Shown here piece by piece: positions 58,382 to 60,341 of a stretch of DNA of 60,341 nucleotides (position 1 is its first letter; each line of letters opens with the position of its first letter). The notes under the pieces were generated by a model. The model saw nothing but the letters and a program-made list of their open reading frames with translations. It was not told where the DNA came from and ran no database searches. The translations under genes and the position numbers were made by a program. This DNA comes from a virus: the IMG/VR virus record IMGVR_UViG_3300045391_002463. One strand, written 5' to 3'.

Positions 58382-59416
58382 GTGAGCACCGCCGTCGCCA
58401 CCGTAGATTCGAAGAAGCCCGCGCCCGCCTATGCCGGCGTGGAGATGGGCAGCACAGGCACGGGTGGCATGCTGCTGCCGCGCTCGTTGGGCGATGTGGT
58501 CGCCTTCGCCACCGTCATGGCCCGCGCGGACATCGCCCTGCCCAAGCACTTGCGCGGCAACGAGGGCGCCTGCCTCGCGGTGGCCATGCAGGCCATGCGC
58601 TGGGAGATGGATCCGTTCGCCGTGGCCAACAAGTCCTACAGCGTTAACGACCGCCTGGCCTACGAGGCCCAGTTGGTCGCCGCCGTGGTGCATACCCGAG
58701 CGCCGATCAAGCGCCGGCCGGACTACAGCTATGACGGCGCCGGCCCGAGCCGCCGCTGCATCGTCTCCGTCGAGATGCTGGACGGCACGACCAAGGTCTA
58801 CGAGAGCCCGCAGTTCGGCCAGATCACCACCAAGAACTCGCCGCTGTGGAAGTCCGACCCGGACCAGCAGCTCGGCTATTTCGCCATCCGGTCCTGGGCC
58901 CGGCGCCACGCGCCCGAAGTGATCCTCGGCGTCTACACGCCCGACGAGCTGATCGACAACGCCGACACCATGCGCAACGTCACCGGCCGTGCGCCGCCGC
59001 CGGGCCTCGCAGGGCGGCTGACAGCGGCCGCGCCGTCCTCGGAGGGCTTCACCGCCAGCCAGGCCGAACACGCCGAGGCCGAGTTCACCGACGGCGCCGC
59101 CGAAGCCCACAACCCCGACACCGGCGAGATCATCGAGCGCGAACTCGAGCCCGTGGACGACAACCCCGAGGAGGACATGTTTCCGGGGGATCGGCCGAGC
59201 GAGCCCGAGACCTTCAACGTCCAGGCCTGGGCTGAGGACATCATCGCCGACGACACCCGCCTGCAGACCGTCGAGGAGATCGAGGGCTTCTTCGCCGACA
59301 AGGAGGCGACGCGCCGATACCGCGCGCTCGAGGCCGAGAACGCCCCGCTCGCCAAGCAGCTGGTCGCCGCGCTGAACGGGCGCAAGAAGGCCGCGGCCTC
59401 GAGGGCGGCACGATGA
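58382..59416 (+). CDS. recT: RecT-family single-strand annealing protein
   Basis: GTG start at 58382 with AGGAG upstream, inside track ORF 57926..59416. LAVAMQAMRWEMDPFAVANKSY and SPLWKSDPDQQLGYFAIRSW are RecT-like. Confidence 0.7.
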   Translation: MSTAVATVDSKKPAPAYAGVEMGSTGTGGMLLPRSLGDVVAFATVMARADIALPKHLRGNEGACLAVAMQAMRWEMDPFAVANKSYSVNDRLAYEAQLVAAVVHTRAPIKRRPDYSYDGAGPSRRCIVSVEMLDGTTKVYESPQFGQITTKNSPLWKSDPDQQLGYFAIRSWARRHAPEVILGVYTPDELIDNADTMRNVTGRAPPPGLAGRLTAAAPSSEGFTASQAEHAEAEFTDGAAEAHNPDTGEIIERELEPVDDNPEEDMFPGDRPSEPETFNVQAWAEDIIADDTRLQTVEEIEGFFADKEATRRYRALEAENAPLAKQLVAALNGRKKAAASRAAR

Positions 59417-60096
59417 GCCGGCGCCTGGATCTGACAAACGAGACCTTCGGTCGCTGGACGGTCATCGGGCGGGGCCCGGACAAGCACTGGCTTTGCCGCT
59501 GCGCCTGCGGCGCGGAAAAGCCGGTGTTCATCGGAAGCCTGCGCTCCGGGCGCTCCGCCGGCTGCATGGCGTGCGCGGCGCAACGCGGCAACGCTCGCAC
59601 TCATGGCGGTAGGGGGAGCCGACTCTACAAGATTTGGGAGGCCATGAAGCGGCGGTGCGGATCGCCGGCCTGCGGCCACTATGCGCGCTATGGGGGCCGT
59701 GGCATCCGCGTTTGCGCCGAGTGGGCCGAAAGCTTTGACGCCTTTCGCGCCTGGGCCATGGCTAACGGCTATGCCGACCATCTGACGATCGAGCGCCGCA
59801 ACAACGACGGCCACTACGAGCCATCGAACTGCACCTGGGCTACGCAAAAGGAGCAGGCGCGCAACCAGTCAACCAACCGCCATGTGACCTACCATGGCCG
59901 TCTCCTGACCGTCGGCGCGCTAGCTGAGGAAGTCGGCTTGCCGGCCACCGCTCTCAAGCAGCGCCTGTTCAAACACGGCTGGCCGCTCGAGCGGGCCGTT
60001 TCGGAGCCGCTCACTGTTCGCGCCCGTCCGGCCAAGCTCAAGGCGCTGACCGACAGCATGGATGCGCGAGTCGCCGAGATCGAGGCGGCGCCCTGA
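59413..60096 (+). CDS. HNH-type homing-endonuclease-like protein
   Basis: 227 aa. It has RLYKIWEAMKRRC, LTIERRNNDGHYEPSNCTWATQKEQARNQ and a C-terminal HTH-like segment. Its stop shares a base with the methyltransferase ATG. Confidence 0.5.
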   Translation: MSRRLDLTNETFGRWTVIGRGPDKHWLCRCACGAEKPVFIGSLRSGRSAGCMACAAQRGNARTHGGRGSRLYKIWEAMKRRCGSPACGHYARYGGRGIRVCAEWAESFDAFRAWAMANGYADHLTIERRNNDGHYEPSNCTWATQKEQARNQSTNRHVTYHGRLLTVGALAEEVGLPATALKQRLFKHGWPLERAVSEPLTVRARPAKLKALTDSMDARVAEIEAAP

Positions 60097-60272
60097 TGCC
60101 GGCCTGGTACAACGAGATCGACCGCCAAAAGGCCGCCACGCTGCGCAACCTCATCGAGGAAGGCGCCATCGCGCCGGGCGTGGTCGACGAGCGCTCCATC
60201 GCCGCTGTCCAGCCGGAAGACCTGGCCGGCTTCACCCAATGCCACTTCTTTGCGGGAGGCGGTCTCTGGTAG
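60096..60272 (+). pseudogene. C5 cytosine DNA methyltransferase, N-terminal part ending in an in-frame TAG
   Basis: MPAWYNEIDRQKAA...FTQCHFFAGGGLW carries the FxGxG SAM motif I. Codon 60270-60272 is TAG. The same frame continues stop-free through the repeat into 1..810. Confidence 0.65.
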
Positions 60273-60341
60273 CTCTGCCTGCGCAATGCCGGATGGCCCG
60301 ATGACCGACCTGTTTGGACAGGATCTTGCCCCTGTGGACCC
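60273..60341. repeat. Terminal direct repeat, right copy
   Basis: Identical to bases 1-69. Confidence 0.95.

Noticed and set aside
60270-60272. TAG read as a sense codon (alternative code or pyrrolysine), or bypassed by a +1 frameshift at TGG TAG
   Set aside because: TAG terminates other tightly packed genes here (52556, 7452, 7866, 13669), and no Pyl machinery or suppressor tRNA is encoded. A +1 shift would lose the motif IV Pro-Cys that follows in the original frame.

Overview
The window is one closed replicon of about 60.27 kb: bases 1-69 repeat exactly at 60273-60341. It reads as the genome of a temperate, lambda-like siphovirus from a high-GC alphaproteobacterium, because it encodes a GcrA-type regulator, a family confined to Alphaproteobacteria. 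Layout: (i) A divergent immunity switch, cro-like 51868-52071 against cI-like 52115-52558, has arrays of GTTAC half-sites at two control regions, and a HicAB pair sits behind cI. (ii) A rightward early operon runs 53440 -> junction -> 10188. It carries a RecE-like exonuclease and RecT, two HNH nucleases, a disrupted C5 DNA methyltransferase, two TnpA-less TnpB genes, a DUF2493/SLOG gene, an IS1595-family insertion with an intact 8-bp target duplication, xis-int, and an attP built on the 5' half of tRNA-Arg(CCT). (iii) A leftward operon runs 52071 -> 11784. It carries the replication genes (DnaA-domain-IV protein, intein-containing DnaB, DUF1376 protein), an MT-A70 methylase, GcrA-like, LexA-type wHTH and RuvC-like genes. 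These are followed by terminase, portal, HK97-type protease and capsid, connector, tail tube, chaperone with -1 frameshift, tape measure, fibres and a lysis cassette. (iv) A plus-strand moron (16576-19012) encodes a SAM methyltransferase and a fatty-acid-hydroxylase-family membrane enzyme. Most notable observations: a TnpB copy lacking the canonical RuvC-II glutamate and packed operon-style into the early operon; a methyltransferase locus with an in-frame amber codon and two superimposed long ORFs with a codon-bias switch; a tRNA-like element with acceptor, D and T arms but no anticodon arm; and a class-3-type (WCT) LAGLIDADG intein in the DnaB P-loop. All functional calls rest on motif recognition by eye. 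No database search, HMM or RNA-folding program was run.
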